64,000 nt of DNA from contig PBMR01000019.1 of NCBI GenBank assembly GCA_002722735.1, positions 4,746-68,745 of the forward strand, in the 5' to 3' direction. This document shows positions 1-8,110 of the stretch, one piece after another. The stretch's first letter is position 1. The number at the start of each line of letters is the position of its first letter. The notes beneath the pieces are model-generated. The model was not told the origin of the DNA. It did no database searches and saw only the letters and a list, made by a program, of their open reading frames with translations. Source of the stretch: Methanobacteriota archaeon (GTDB lineage Archaea; Thermoplasmatota; Poseidoniia; Poseidoniales; Thalassarchaeaceae). The position numbers and the translations under genes are program-made.

Positions 1-260
1 GACGCGCTCTCCGATTCTGACAAGGTTGCCTGGGCGGTGGTGGTGACGGGGGATTCCTCGATTGACTGCTCGCTTGGAACTATGGCCATCAACTCCTCCA
101 CCGTGCTCTCATTCAGGAGATGGACGCCGGAGGAGTTGGCCGCCTCTATCAGTGGAAGGAGGCTCGGTAGTTCCTCGATCCTCCTTCGAGCGCTGGCTTG
201 AGCCAGAAGGCCGGCAGTGGCGAGTGACTGGCACCTCTCTTGCCAAGTCTCAGAGGCCAT
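1..260 (-). CDS. Partial CDS running off the window start (MASETWQERCQSLATAGLLAQASARRRIEELPSLL...); possibly the N-terminus of DNA polymerase D small subunit DP1
   Basis: Open frame from ATG at 260 to the window edge, read manually. A helical N-terminus followed by a Ser/Thr/Glu-rich linker loosely resembles DP1; the identity is speculative. Confidence 0.4.
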   Translation of the reverse strand, partial: MASETWQERCQSLATAGLLAQASARRRIEELPSLLPLIEAANSSGVHLLNESTVEELMAIVPSEQSIEESPVTTTAQATLSESESA

Positions 261-321
261 GCGCCCACTATCAAGTGGGGACGCTCATGATGGTATCGTT
301 TGTGGCAGTGGAGGTAGGGTG

Positions 322-1017
322 CTACTCGTCCCAATCTGTCAGCGATGCTAGATCGACATCCTTGAGTGATTGGGCAACGGTGCTCTTGGTCGTTCCCCAA
401 GTGATTTCGCCCTCCCACTCCTCCGATGTGGGATCTAGGTCCTCTGTGCCTCCCTCACTGGGGATCTTGGATGAGATAGGGCTCCTTTTCGGAGTAGGTG
501 GGGCTTCCTTCTCATCGTCCTTGGCCCTATCAAGAGCCTCGATAGCAAGTCTGAGAGCGAAGGATGTGAAAGACCTCTTGTTATCGAGTCTGTCATTCTC
601 GCCGAAATCCATCCTCCTGACGAGAAAGTAGTCCCCAGCGATGACTGCGGCGTGCACTCGGCCCACTTCCTTGTCTTCCTCGGAGCCACCAGGACCGGCG
701 ATACCAGTAATCGCTATTGCGACATCGGACCCGGATTTGTACCTCGCTCCACGTGCCATTTGAACAGCGACCTTGTGCGAAACAGCTCCTGAATCGCCCT
801 TGTCGAAGGCAGACCTCCCGACACCGAGCTCCCTTATCTTAGACTCGTTTGAATACACTATCCAGCCCTGCTTGAACCACGAGCTGGCCCCAGAGATGTC
901 AGTCAGGATTGAAGCAATCAAACCGCCGGTGCACGACTCGGCAGTAGAAATGGTCCACCCAAGCTTGCGAAGGCGATGCGTCAACCTAGACGCGAGGGCT
1001 GCAGCCTGCTCGACCAC
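322..1017 (-). CDS. cinA: CinA/PncC nicotinamide-mononucleotide deamidase with acidic C-terminal extension
   Basis: TAESCTGG, YSNESK, GAVS..VA..MA.GA and ITGIAGPGG motifs. Confidence 0.92.
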   Translation of the reverse strand: MVEQAAALASRLTHRLRKLGWTISTAESCTGGLIASILTDISGASSWFKQGWIVYSNESKIRELGVGRSAFDKGDSGAVSHKVAVQMARGARYKSGSDVAIAITGIAGPGGSEEDKEVGRVHAAVIAGDYFLVRRMDFGENDRLDNKRSFTSFALRLAIEALDRAKDDEKEAPPTPKRSPISSKIPSEGGTEDLDPTSEEWEGEITWGTTKSTVAQSLKDVDLASLTDWDE

Positions 1018-1107
1018 GAAATACAGTCATGGCATCCACTCTTGACCTTTTCACTATGCATTATTGATGAATAATACGTCAATTCAGAACATTCGAATCT
1101 CTTTGGG

Positions 1108-1183
1108 TGGTGGGTCCGGCAGGAATTGAACCTGCGATCTTCGCTTTGTAAGAGCGACGTCATAACCCCTAGACCACGGACCC
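1108..1183 (-). tRNA. tRNA-Val(TAC), CCA encoded
   Basis: GGGTCCG/CGGACCC acceptor stem, TCGCT-CTTACAA-AGCGA anticodon arm, GTTCAAT T-loop, 3' ACCA. Confidence 0.97.
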
Positions 1184-1245
1184 TGAGAGGTCCGAAGAGC
1201 AATGCATTCAAATCCCCTATGGTCAATATTGCGGTCTGAGGGACG

Positions 1246-2244
1246 GTGATGTCAATGATGGCCGAATTGCTCGAGAGGCTGAGTTCAGTAGGCTTACCCC
1301 TCAACGAAACTATCTCAGGGGCTATGACATCCATCGACCCTGCCGACTTCACTGACTTTCACCTCGAGCCGTTCTGGCATGACCGCCCGGTTCCGTTCCT
1401 GCTCACGGATTTCGGGGCCACGAGGACCATCTCGGCCCCCCATATGATTGTCACCCTGCTGCATCACCTCGAGGTTCACGAAGGTCAGCACATCCTGCTA
1501 ATTGGTTCCAAGGGAGGTTATCTGGCATCCCTGCTCGACCATATGGTGGGGTCCAACGGAGCAGTGACTATCATCGAGCCCCATCTGGAAGTTAGGATGC
1601 ACACTGAAGAGAGGCTCGAGATGCATGCCCAATCAGGTCTGATCAGGGTGCTGCCCCCTCACTCTCTGGAGCTACAGGATGAAATGGGCAGATCCATTGA
1701 TAGGGTTCTGATTACCGGTGCAGTCAGATCAATACCAGAAGGGGTTGATCATATGGTGGATGATGGTGGCTTCGTTTTGGGCCCCTTCGGGGGTCCGGTC
1801 CATCAGAGGCTAATCAAAAGGGAGCGTCAGGGTAACGATTGGTTCGATACCGATCTGGGTGGCGTAGTTTTCGGCCCGATGGATGTGGAAGAATCCGAAC
1901 GGGGGCCCTTGGATCCATTGTCTCTTGCCAATCACATAGAAGATGCACTCAGTCTGATTAGCGGCATCGTCGACATCGAGGAAGATACGATTGAGAGAGT
2001 AGAGGATCTGATTAGTTCACTTAGGGAAATGCCGGGGGACCTACCTCAACTTGACGAAGACTCCACCGAAGAGGATATCTTGGAGCACCCCGTTGTGGAC
2101 CTGTTGATGTCCGAAATAGAATGGCTTGGGCCCCTATGGCCTCTCTTCAGCGAGTACCTCTCGTTAGACATATCCAATCCTGGCTCGCCTGACGAGGACG
2201 ATGAGGGTCGCTACATAGGCGGTCACGAGGACCTTGTTCCCTGA
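1246..2244 (+). CDS. Protein-L-isoaspartate O-methyltransferase-like protein with acidic C-terminal extension
   Basis: TISAPHM motif, LLIGSKGGY (degenerate SAM motif I), DRVLITGA, GGFVLGP, VVFGPM; start may be 1249 or 1255. Confidence 0.75.
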   Translation: MMSMMAELLERLSSVGLPLNETISGAMTSIDPADFTDFHLEPFWHDRPVPFLLTDFGATRTISAPHMIVTLLHHLEVHEGQHILLIGSKGGYLASLLDHMVGSNGAVTIIEPHLEVRMHTEERLEMHAQSGLIRVLPPHSLELQDEMGRSIDRVLITGAVRSIPEGVDHMVDDGGFVLGPFGGPVHQRLIKRERQGNDWFDTDLGGVVFGPMDVEESERGPLDPLSLANHIEDALSLISGIVDIEEDTIERVEDLISSLREMPGDLPQLDEDSTEEDILEHPVVDLLMSEIEWLGPLWPLFSEYLSLDISNPGSPDEDDEGRYIGGHEDLVP

Positions 2245-2288
2245 TGCGGAATCGTAGCGTTCTAACGGCCAAGTTACGTCGGAGCAAC

Positions 2289-3326
2289 GTGAAGCATCCC
2301 GCGGTCTTCCGTCTTCAACACAAGGACGAGCGTCAGAGGCGACTTGCTGTCAGGAGGCTCTTCGAACTGGACGACCCAGAGTCACTCAGTGGATTCATCC
2401 CCCTGCTTAGTGATGAGGACCCCTGGTTCAGGCGGAAGGCCATGGAGGCAGTAGGGAGGTGGTTTGGGCATGGTCAGGGAAACGTGGCGAGGATGCTGGC
2501 CGAATCCCCCTATCCTGAGCAGAGGGTACTAGCGACTAATCTTGCACTTCGCAGTGAGGGAGGGGGGATGGAGATGCTGCTTGAGCTATGTGAAGACTCG
2601 GAGCCATCGGTTAGGCTCGCGGCTTGGAAGGCCAGACTAGGCGTCGACAATAGTAAGATTGCTGCAGTTATTGCACTGGCACTAAATGACGAGGAAGTGG
2701 AAGTAAGACGGATTGCCTTACGGAGATTGTCGATTATGGAGGTAATAGATCCGGATCTCCTGAGGGCAGTATTGAGTGATCCCAGCCCCCGGGTGGTTGC
2801 GGCCGCGGTTTCACTGGTGGAAAAGCGATCCGAACTCAGAGAAGATATCGAGGTTGAAAGTCAGCTAATCGCGATTGCCAAGGGTGGAGGGAGCTCGGTG
2901 AGCGCGGTCGCAATAGGCGTCCTCGCCGACAAGTCCCTCGATTCTCCGGACATTGCGGCCTTAGTGCTAGGCTTGGTCGAGGACGGATCGTCGGAATTAG
3001 TTAGCAGCCTCGTTGCCGGTTTGAGAGGCATTGCCTGGTGGCATATTGAGGGGTTCGCTGATAGGCTGGTGACTACTGCTGATGATGGACTGGTCGCTAG
3101 ACTGCTCAGAGGAGAGAGATCTGGGGAGGTCGTCCCCATACGAAATGCAATACTGTCCGACCCAAGAAAGAGCAGTGTGCTGAGAGCTAGGATAATCGAG
3201 GACCTGATTGGCAGGCAGGTCGATGAGACTACGATTGAGATAGTCAAAATCCTCTCGGAATCGGACGACGAGTCCCTATCCGCCATTTCTAGAAGTCTAT
3301 TATCCGAAGATGGTTCATTCAACTAG
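2289..3326 (+). CDS. HEAT-repeat protein
   Basis: Repeated L.D.(D/E)P.VR..A motifs (LSDEDPWFRRKA, EDSEPSVRLAA, LNDEEVEVRRIA, LSDPSPRVVAAA); GTG start at 2289 inferred (ORF track gives 2244). Confidence 0.8.
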   Translation: MKHPAVFRLQHKDERQRRLAVRRLFELDDPESLSGFIPLLSDEDPWFRRKAMEAVGRWFGHGQGNVARMLAESPYPEQRVLATNLALRSEGGGMEMLLELCEDSEPSVRLAAWKARLGVDNSKIAAVIALALNDEEVEVRRIALRRLSIMEVIDPDLLRAVLSDPSPRVVAAAVSLVEKRSELREDIEVESQLIAIAKGGGSSVSAVAIGVLADKSLDSPDIAALVLGLVEDGSSELVSSLVAGLRGIAWWHIEGFADRLVTTADDGLVARLLRGERSGEVVPIRNAILSDPRKSSVLRARIIEDLIGRQVDETTIEIVKILSESDDESLSAISRSLLSEDGSFN

Positions 3327-3734
3327 GCTGACCGCTGGCAATAATAGCCTCGATAGTGGCATCGAAATCGGTGGAAGATGGTCCGAGAGCCTGTGACGGC
3401 TGGTCTTCGGGGGAAGCAGATTACCAAGCAATCCAGCATCAATCACCTCCTTCTTAGAGATGGAGTCCCTGCCGCAATTGGGCCAAACGTCTAGTTCGAT
3501 CGTGTCATCGCCAGTGTAGTCGACTAAAACGCATGGCAGACACATAAGACTGAGCCTTAGAGCCACCTGATGCCTGTGATGGCCGTCGAGAATCACTCCC
3601 GTGTTCTTGTCGATGACTAGGGGGAGGACATAGGCTTTCCACCGATGTGTCATCCTCTCAAGTTCATCGACTTTCTTGGCAAGGGTCCCTTCATGGGGCC
3701 GCAGAACTTCCAAGGGAACCAATTCGACCTTCAC
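3315..3734 (-). CDS. Stand-alone ParB/sulfiredoxin-fold protein (SerK/SbnI-like)
   Basis: LRPHE, ILDGHHR and PPKTSRH motifs; no HTH domain. Confidence 0.75.
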   Translation of the reverse strand: MKVELVPLEVLRPHEGTLAKKVDELERMTHRWKAYVLPLVIDKNTGVILDGHHRHQVALRLSLMCLPCVLVDYTGDDTIELDVWPNCGRDSISKKEVIDAGLLGNLLPPKTSRHRLSDHLPPISMPLSRLLLPAVSLVE

Positions 3735-3803
3735 GGGGGCCGCACGAGCCGTGACTCAATATATCTGCGCCCGAAGGCGTGTTTCCTGTAGGGGGCGGAA
3801 TCT

Positions 3804-5048
3804 GTGAGAGAATTACTTGATCGCCTCAAAGATGATGATCGGACAGTGCTCAGTGGATTGGGGAATCGTGGTGAGGCTTGGATTGTCGGAGGGTGGGTCA
3901 GGGACGCACTTTCTGGGAATCGGACAGGAGACCTGGATATCGCGACCACCCTCAGACCGGACGAGATCAAGGAGATATTCCCGCGCTCCCTGATGATTGG
4001 CGAGCAGTACGGCACCGTGAGTGTCAGACTCGACGAGAGCAATGAAAATAAGGGAATCTGGGAGGTCACTACCCTGCGAAGCGAAGGGAGCTACGGCGAC
4101 GGGAGGAGACCGGATAATGTTGAGTTCTGTGACGACATAGGGGCCGATCTATCACGCAGGGACTTCACGATTAACGCAATGGCCATTGGGAACACGGGCG
4201 AACTGATAGATCCGTTTGATGGATTGGGGGATCTTGATTCTGGCGTGCTACGCTCGGTGGGAAATGCTGATGACAGGATTGGCGAGGATGGTCTGCGAAT
4301 CATGAGGGCCTTCAGATTCCTAGATTGGGGCAATAGGGGCGTTAGGAGTCTCGATTCAAACCTTAGCGACGCAATAAGTGGGAGTATCACTATGCTCGAT
4401 AACGTTTCCAAGGAGAGGATTGGTTCAGAATTGGCGTTGATCCTCTCCGGTGAAAACGTTGGAGCAATCGTCAATCTGATGGACTATCATGGCGTAATTG
4501 GCGCGATCCTCCCCGGAATTTCGACTGAGGCTGACGTTAGCATGTCGGGTAACTGGCGTGTCAATCTAGCACTGATTTGCAGTGCTGACAAACGCGAAGG
4601 GGACGACATGGGGGTTTCACTCGGCAGACTTCTGAGGATCTCCAAAGATGATTCCAAGACTGTTGCCTTCCTCCATGACTGCAGGGATGTGACGCTCGGT
4701 GCGCAACCTAGTAGCATCAGGAGATTCAGAGTCGCCCTTCCGGCGGCAAGGCAGGAAGATCTGGTTTCATACTTGAGGGGGATACACCGTGACGTCTCGG
4801 AATTTATCGATGCACTGGATTCGACCGGCCCCCCTAGGGCTGGAAGCACCCCCCTCGTAGATGGGAACATGCTCTCCCGAGTGACTGGTTTGGAGCCCGG
4901 CAAACGCCTTGGCAGGCTGAAGGGATGGCTGCACAGGCGGCAGGTCGAGGAGGACCTGATCAGTCCGGAGGATGTCCTGGCATTGTTGGACGGAATGGAA
5001 TGGGCCGAGTCAGATCCGGATAAGTGGCCAATCCTGTCTTGGCCCTGA
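3804..5048 (+). CDS. cca: Class II (bacterial-type) CCA tRNA nucleotidyltransferase
   Basis: VGGWVRD..DLDIAT, EVTTLRSE..Y.DGRRP, RRDFTINAMA, DPFDG, EDGLRIMRAFRF, SKERI. Confidence 0.88.
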   Translation: MRELLDRLKDDDRTVLSGLGNRGEAWIVGGWVRDALSGNRTGDLDIATTLRPDEIKEIFPRSLMIGEQYGTVSVRLDESNENKGIWEVTTLRSEGSYGDGRRPDNVEFCDDIGADLSRRDFTINAMAIGNTGELIDPFDGLGDLDSGVLRSVGNADDRIGEDGLRIMRAFRFLDWGNRGVRSLDSNLSDAISGSITMLDNVSKERIGSELALILSGENVGAIVNLMDYHGVIGAILPGISTEADVSMSGNWRVNLALICSADKREGDDMGVSLGRLLRISKDDSKTVAFLHDCRDVTLGAQPSSIRRFRVALPAARQEDLVSYLRGIHRDVSEFIDALDSTGPPRAGSTPLVDGNMLSRVTGLEPGKRLGRLKGWLHRRQVEEDLISPEDVLALLDGMEWAESDPDKWPILSWP

Positions 5049-5552
5049 TTATATCTCATTGAGGTATTCGATATACTCTTCCTCAGTTAGGTGCATGTCC
5101 TCATCCCAATCATGAGGTTTGACTATCATGCACCATCCATCGCCGTAAGCCTCCTCGTTGACTAAATCCGGATTGTCCTCAACGTCTCCATTCAACTCAA
5201 TGATTCTACAAGGGAATGGCGCGTTGATGAGCACACGATCCTCAGTGGTCCTGATTGTGATGAGCAGGTCGTCGACACCCATCTCATCTCCACTGGCGAG
5301 AGGAATGGCAGGCGAGTCATCGTCGTTTTCACTGGTATCGTCATCATCACGAACTTGGAACTCGCTGTCATCCTCAGGCTTAGTCAAAACCACCCTAACC
5401 ACATCGCCGTATTCAGCCCTAATGAACTCGCTGACTCCAATCTTAATCGTCTGGTTTTCGTCTTTCTCACCTAGGACTTGGACCCAGAGGTGATCGAGGG
5501 TGTACTTCCTGTCGTGAGCGATGCTGAATTCGAAGAAATCCCCACCAGTCAT
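5049..5552 (-). CDS. Glycine cleavage H-protein-like protein lacking the lipoyl-lysine
   Basis: KYTLDHLWV, IGVSEF, NAPFPCRIIELN, PDLVNEEAYGDGW, LTEEEY; the ESVK motif is replaced by RTTE. Confidence 0.8.
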   Translation of the reverse strand: MTGGDFFEFSIAHDRKYTLDHLWVQVLGEKDENQTIKIGVSEFIRAEYGDVVRVVLTKPEDDSEFQVRDDDDTSENDDDSPAIPLASGDEMGVDDLLITIRTTEDRVLINAPFPCRIIELNGDVEDNPDLVNEEAYGDGWCMIVKPHDWDEDMHLTEEEYIEYLNEI

Positions 5553-5668
5553 TGCGATTCCGACCGGCGGCCGTGTAGGATGTGATTTGAAGTATTCTAT
5601 TAATTTCGCAATTTTACAGTCTCTACGAGAGATTAACAGTATACCCTGCCTCCCCAGGGGGAAGCGGC

Positions 5669-6844
5669 ATGGAGATTTCTGAGACGGAAGAGCAGAGTAT
5701 GATTCGCGAAATGGTTCGCGGCTTTGCCGAAGAGGTATTGGCCCCGACCTGCCTCCAAAGGGACAAGGGGCAGGAGGCCCCCCTGGATGAGTGGCGCGCC
5801 TTCTGCGAACTTGGACTTCAGGGTATCACGATTGCTGAACAATACGGTGGCAGCCCAGTTGATGACGTGACCGAGGCCATCATCGTCGAAGAGCTGGCTA
5901 GAGTGGATCCCTCATTCTCTGTGATGTTCTGCGTACACGTCGGCCTATGCTCCAAGACCATTTCTCTTCATGGCAATGAAGAACAGAAGCGGGAGTACCT
6001 CAGTCGTCTCGCTGGCAATGAAATTGGGGCTTACTCACTATCCGAGGCCGGCGCGGGAACGGACGCTGCATCCATGAATTGCCGAGCTCAACTGAGTGAC
6101 GACGGGACGCATTACATCCTCAATGGTGAGAAGATGTGGGTCACCAACGGGGAGAGTGCCAACATATACGTCCTATTCGCCAAGGACATAGATCATCCCG
6201 AGTACGGTCAGAAAAAGCATGGTGGGACGACTGCTTTCATAGTCGAGGGGGGTTTCGATGGGTTCTCAGTAGGTAAGAAAGAGGACAAGCTAGGCATTCG
6301 CTCCAGCGATACCTGCTCTCTGCTATTGGAAAACTGCAAGGTCCCAGTTGCTAACGTGCTGAAGGAATCCGGAAGGGGCTTCCCGATTGCGATGAATGCC
6401 CTCGATAATTCTAGAATCGGCATTGCCGCTCAGGCCCTGGGCATAGCGCAGGGAGCATTCGAGTCAGCACTGAAATATGCTCATGAGCGCGAGACCTTCG
6501 GCAAGCCTATTGCACACCATCAGGGAATTGGCAACTACCTCGCTGATATGGCGACCCGAGTAGAGGCTGCCCGACTCATGGTCTACAAAGCAGCGTGGGC
6601 GAAGCGGCAGCACTACGAGCATGGCGCGCCAAGGCACACCAAGGAGGCCAGCATGGCCAAGCTATTCGCTGGAGATACTGCGATGTGGGTCGCAGAGAGG
6701 GCGGTTCAAGTTCTCGGGGGCTATGGCTACACGACGGATTTCCCTGTCGAACGATTCTTCAGAGACGCAAAGATCACCCAGATCTACGAGGGCACCCAAG
6801 AGGTCCAGAGAATCGTGATCAGTCGGTCGATTGCCCCCAAATGA
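5669..6844 (+). CDS. Acyl-CoA dehydrogenase (short/branched-chain family)
   Basis: AYSLSEAGAGTDA, LNGEKMWVTNG, KLGIRSSDT, RIGIAAQALG, QVLGGYGY, IYEGTQEVQR. Confidence 0.95.
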   Translation: MEISETEEQSMIREMVRGFAEEVLAPTCLQRDKGQEAPLDEWRAFCELGLQGITIAEQYGGSPVDDVTEAIIVEELARVDPSFSVMFCVHVGLCSKTISLHGNEEQKREYLSRLAGNEIGAYSLSEAGAGTDAASMNCRAQLSDDGTHYILNGEKMWVTNGESANIYVLFAKDIDHPEYGQKKHGGTTAFIVEGGFDGFSVGKKEDKLGIRSSDTCSLLLENCKVPVANVLKESGRGFPIAMNALDNSRIGIAAQALGIAQGAFESALKYAHERETFGKPIAHHQGIGNYLADMATRVEAARLMVYKAAWAKRQHYEHGAPRHTKEASMAKLFAGDTAMWVAERAVQVLGGYGYTTDFPVERFFRDAKITQIYEGTQEVQRIVISRSIAPK

Positions 6845-6853
6845 GGTGTCCGG

Positions 6854-8101
6854 GTGTACGGCTTCCCCGTCGAAGAGGTAAGAGGGGCGTTTCCTGGGCT
6901 AACTCGCAAGATCAATGGGGGCAGGGCGATCTTCTTCGATGGGCCCGGGGGCAGCCAAGTTCCACAGTCGGTAGCTAATGCGGTCGGAAACTACCTGCTG
7001 CATCATAACGCCAACACCGGGATGTCATTTGCCACATCCAGGGAGACCGATCAACTCATCGAGGAGACGATGCGTGCTTGTGCTGACTTTCTTGGGTGCG
7101 AGAACCCCCGAGAAGTCGTCTTCGGGCAGAATATGACCAGTCTGAACATCCAACTAGCAAGCGCACTCAGCAGGACGTGGGGCGAGGATGACGAAGTGGT
7201 GGTGACACGTTTGGACCACGACGGAAACGTCCAACCCTGGGTCCTTGCTGCTGAGTGGTCTGGGGCTACACTAAGGAAAATCGACGTTAATCCTGATGAC
7301 TGCACCCTCGACCCATCCTCCATCGTGGAGTCAATAAACGAGAAAACCACCCTCGTGGCTGTCGGTGCAGCGTCAAACTTCTCCGGCACCGTCAACGACG
7401 TGCGAGAAATTGCCAATCGGGCGCATGAGTTCGGGGCTGAGGTGGTTGTAGACGCGGTGCACTACGCCCCACATCGTCTCATTGACATCAAGGAGATGGG
7501 GTGTGATTACCTGCTCTGCTCGCCGTACAAGTTCTTCGGGCCCCACCAAGGGATCCTTTGGGGCAGAGCAGATCGGATGGCAGAGCTCCCGGTAGCGAAG
7601 TTACGGGTATCTACCGAGGGAATCCCATTCAGATGGATGACTGGGACGCAAAGCTACGAGGGGTTGGCAGGAACTCTCGCGGCCATCGAACACATAGCCT
7701 GGGTCGGCAGGAAGGTAGGGAGAGAGGAGTTGCCCCGGAGAGAGGCCCTCAGTGCGGCGTTCAAGGCAATAGAGTCTCATGAGAATGAATTGTGCTGGCA
7801 GATTGTCGAGGGTCTGATGGACATCGAAGGAGTCAGGATATGGGGGATCACGGATAGCAACAGGAGCAATGAACGAGCGCCTACGGTCTCCTTCACGCAC
7901 CCCAGCAAAACGGCTTCGGAAATCGCTGATGCCCTAGCCGAGCAAGGGATCTTCGTATGGGCTGGAAACTTCTATGCTCTCGAGCTTTCCGAAGCATTGG
8001 ACCTAGGGCCAGAGGGGGCCTTGCGTATTGGGGTCCTGCATTACAATACGACTGAGGAGGTCGAGAGGTTCCTATCGGTTGTCAGAGATATCTTGGGGTA
8101 G
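6854..8101 (+). CDS. Class V PLP enzyme, cysteine-desulfurase-like (VC1184-type, no catalytic Cys)
   Basis: FFDGPGGSQVP, LDHDGN, VDAVHYAPH, CSPYKFFGPH (PLP Lys); AGNFYA in place of the SufS GHHCA motif. Confidence 0.85.
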   Translation: MYGFPVEEVRGAFPGLTRKINGGRAIFFDGPGGSQVPQSVANAVGNYLLHHNANTGMSFATSRETDQLIEETMRACADFLGCENPREVVFGQNMTSLNIQLASALSRTWGEDDEVVVTRLDHDGNVQPWVLAAEWSGATLRKIDVNPDDCTLDPSSIVESINEKTTLVAVGAASNFSGTVNDVREIANRAHEFGAEVVVDAVHYAPHRLIDIKEMGCDYLLCSPYKFFGPHQGILWGRADRMAELPVAKLRVSTEGIPFRWMTGTQSYEGLAGTLAAIEHIAWVGRKVGREELPRREALSAAFKAIESHENELCWQIVEGLMDIEGVRIWGITDSNRSNERAPTVSFTHPSKTASEIADALAEQGIFVWAGNFYALELSEALDLGPEGALRIGVLHYNTTEEVERFLSVVRDILG

Positions 8102-8110
8102 GCACTCATC

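Noticed and set aside
1060..1075. ATTATT-GATG-AATAAT palindrome beside tRNA-Val as a dif or att site
   Set aside because: It does not fit the 11-6-11 dif layout, and there is no integrase or duplicated tRNA end; more likely a promoter/terminator element or chance.
6854..8101. SufS cysteine desulfurase serving the sufCBD operon
   Set aside because: It lacks the catalytic Cys (AGNFYA instead of GHHCA) and fits the desulfurase-like subfamily.
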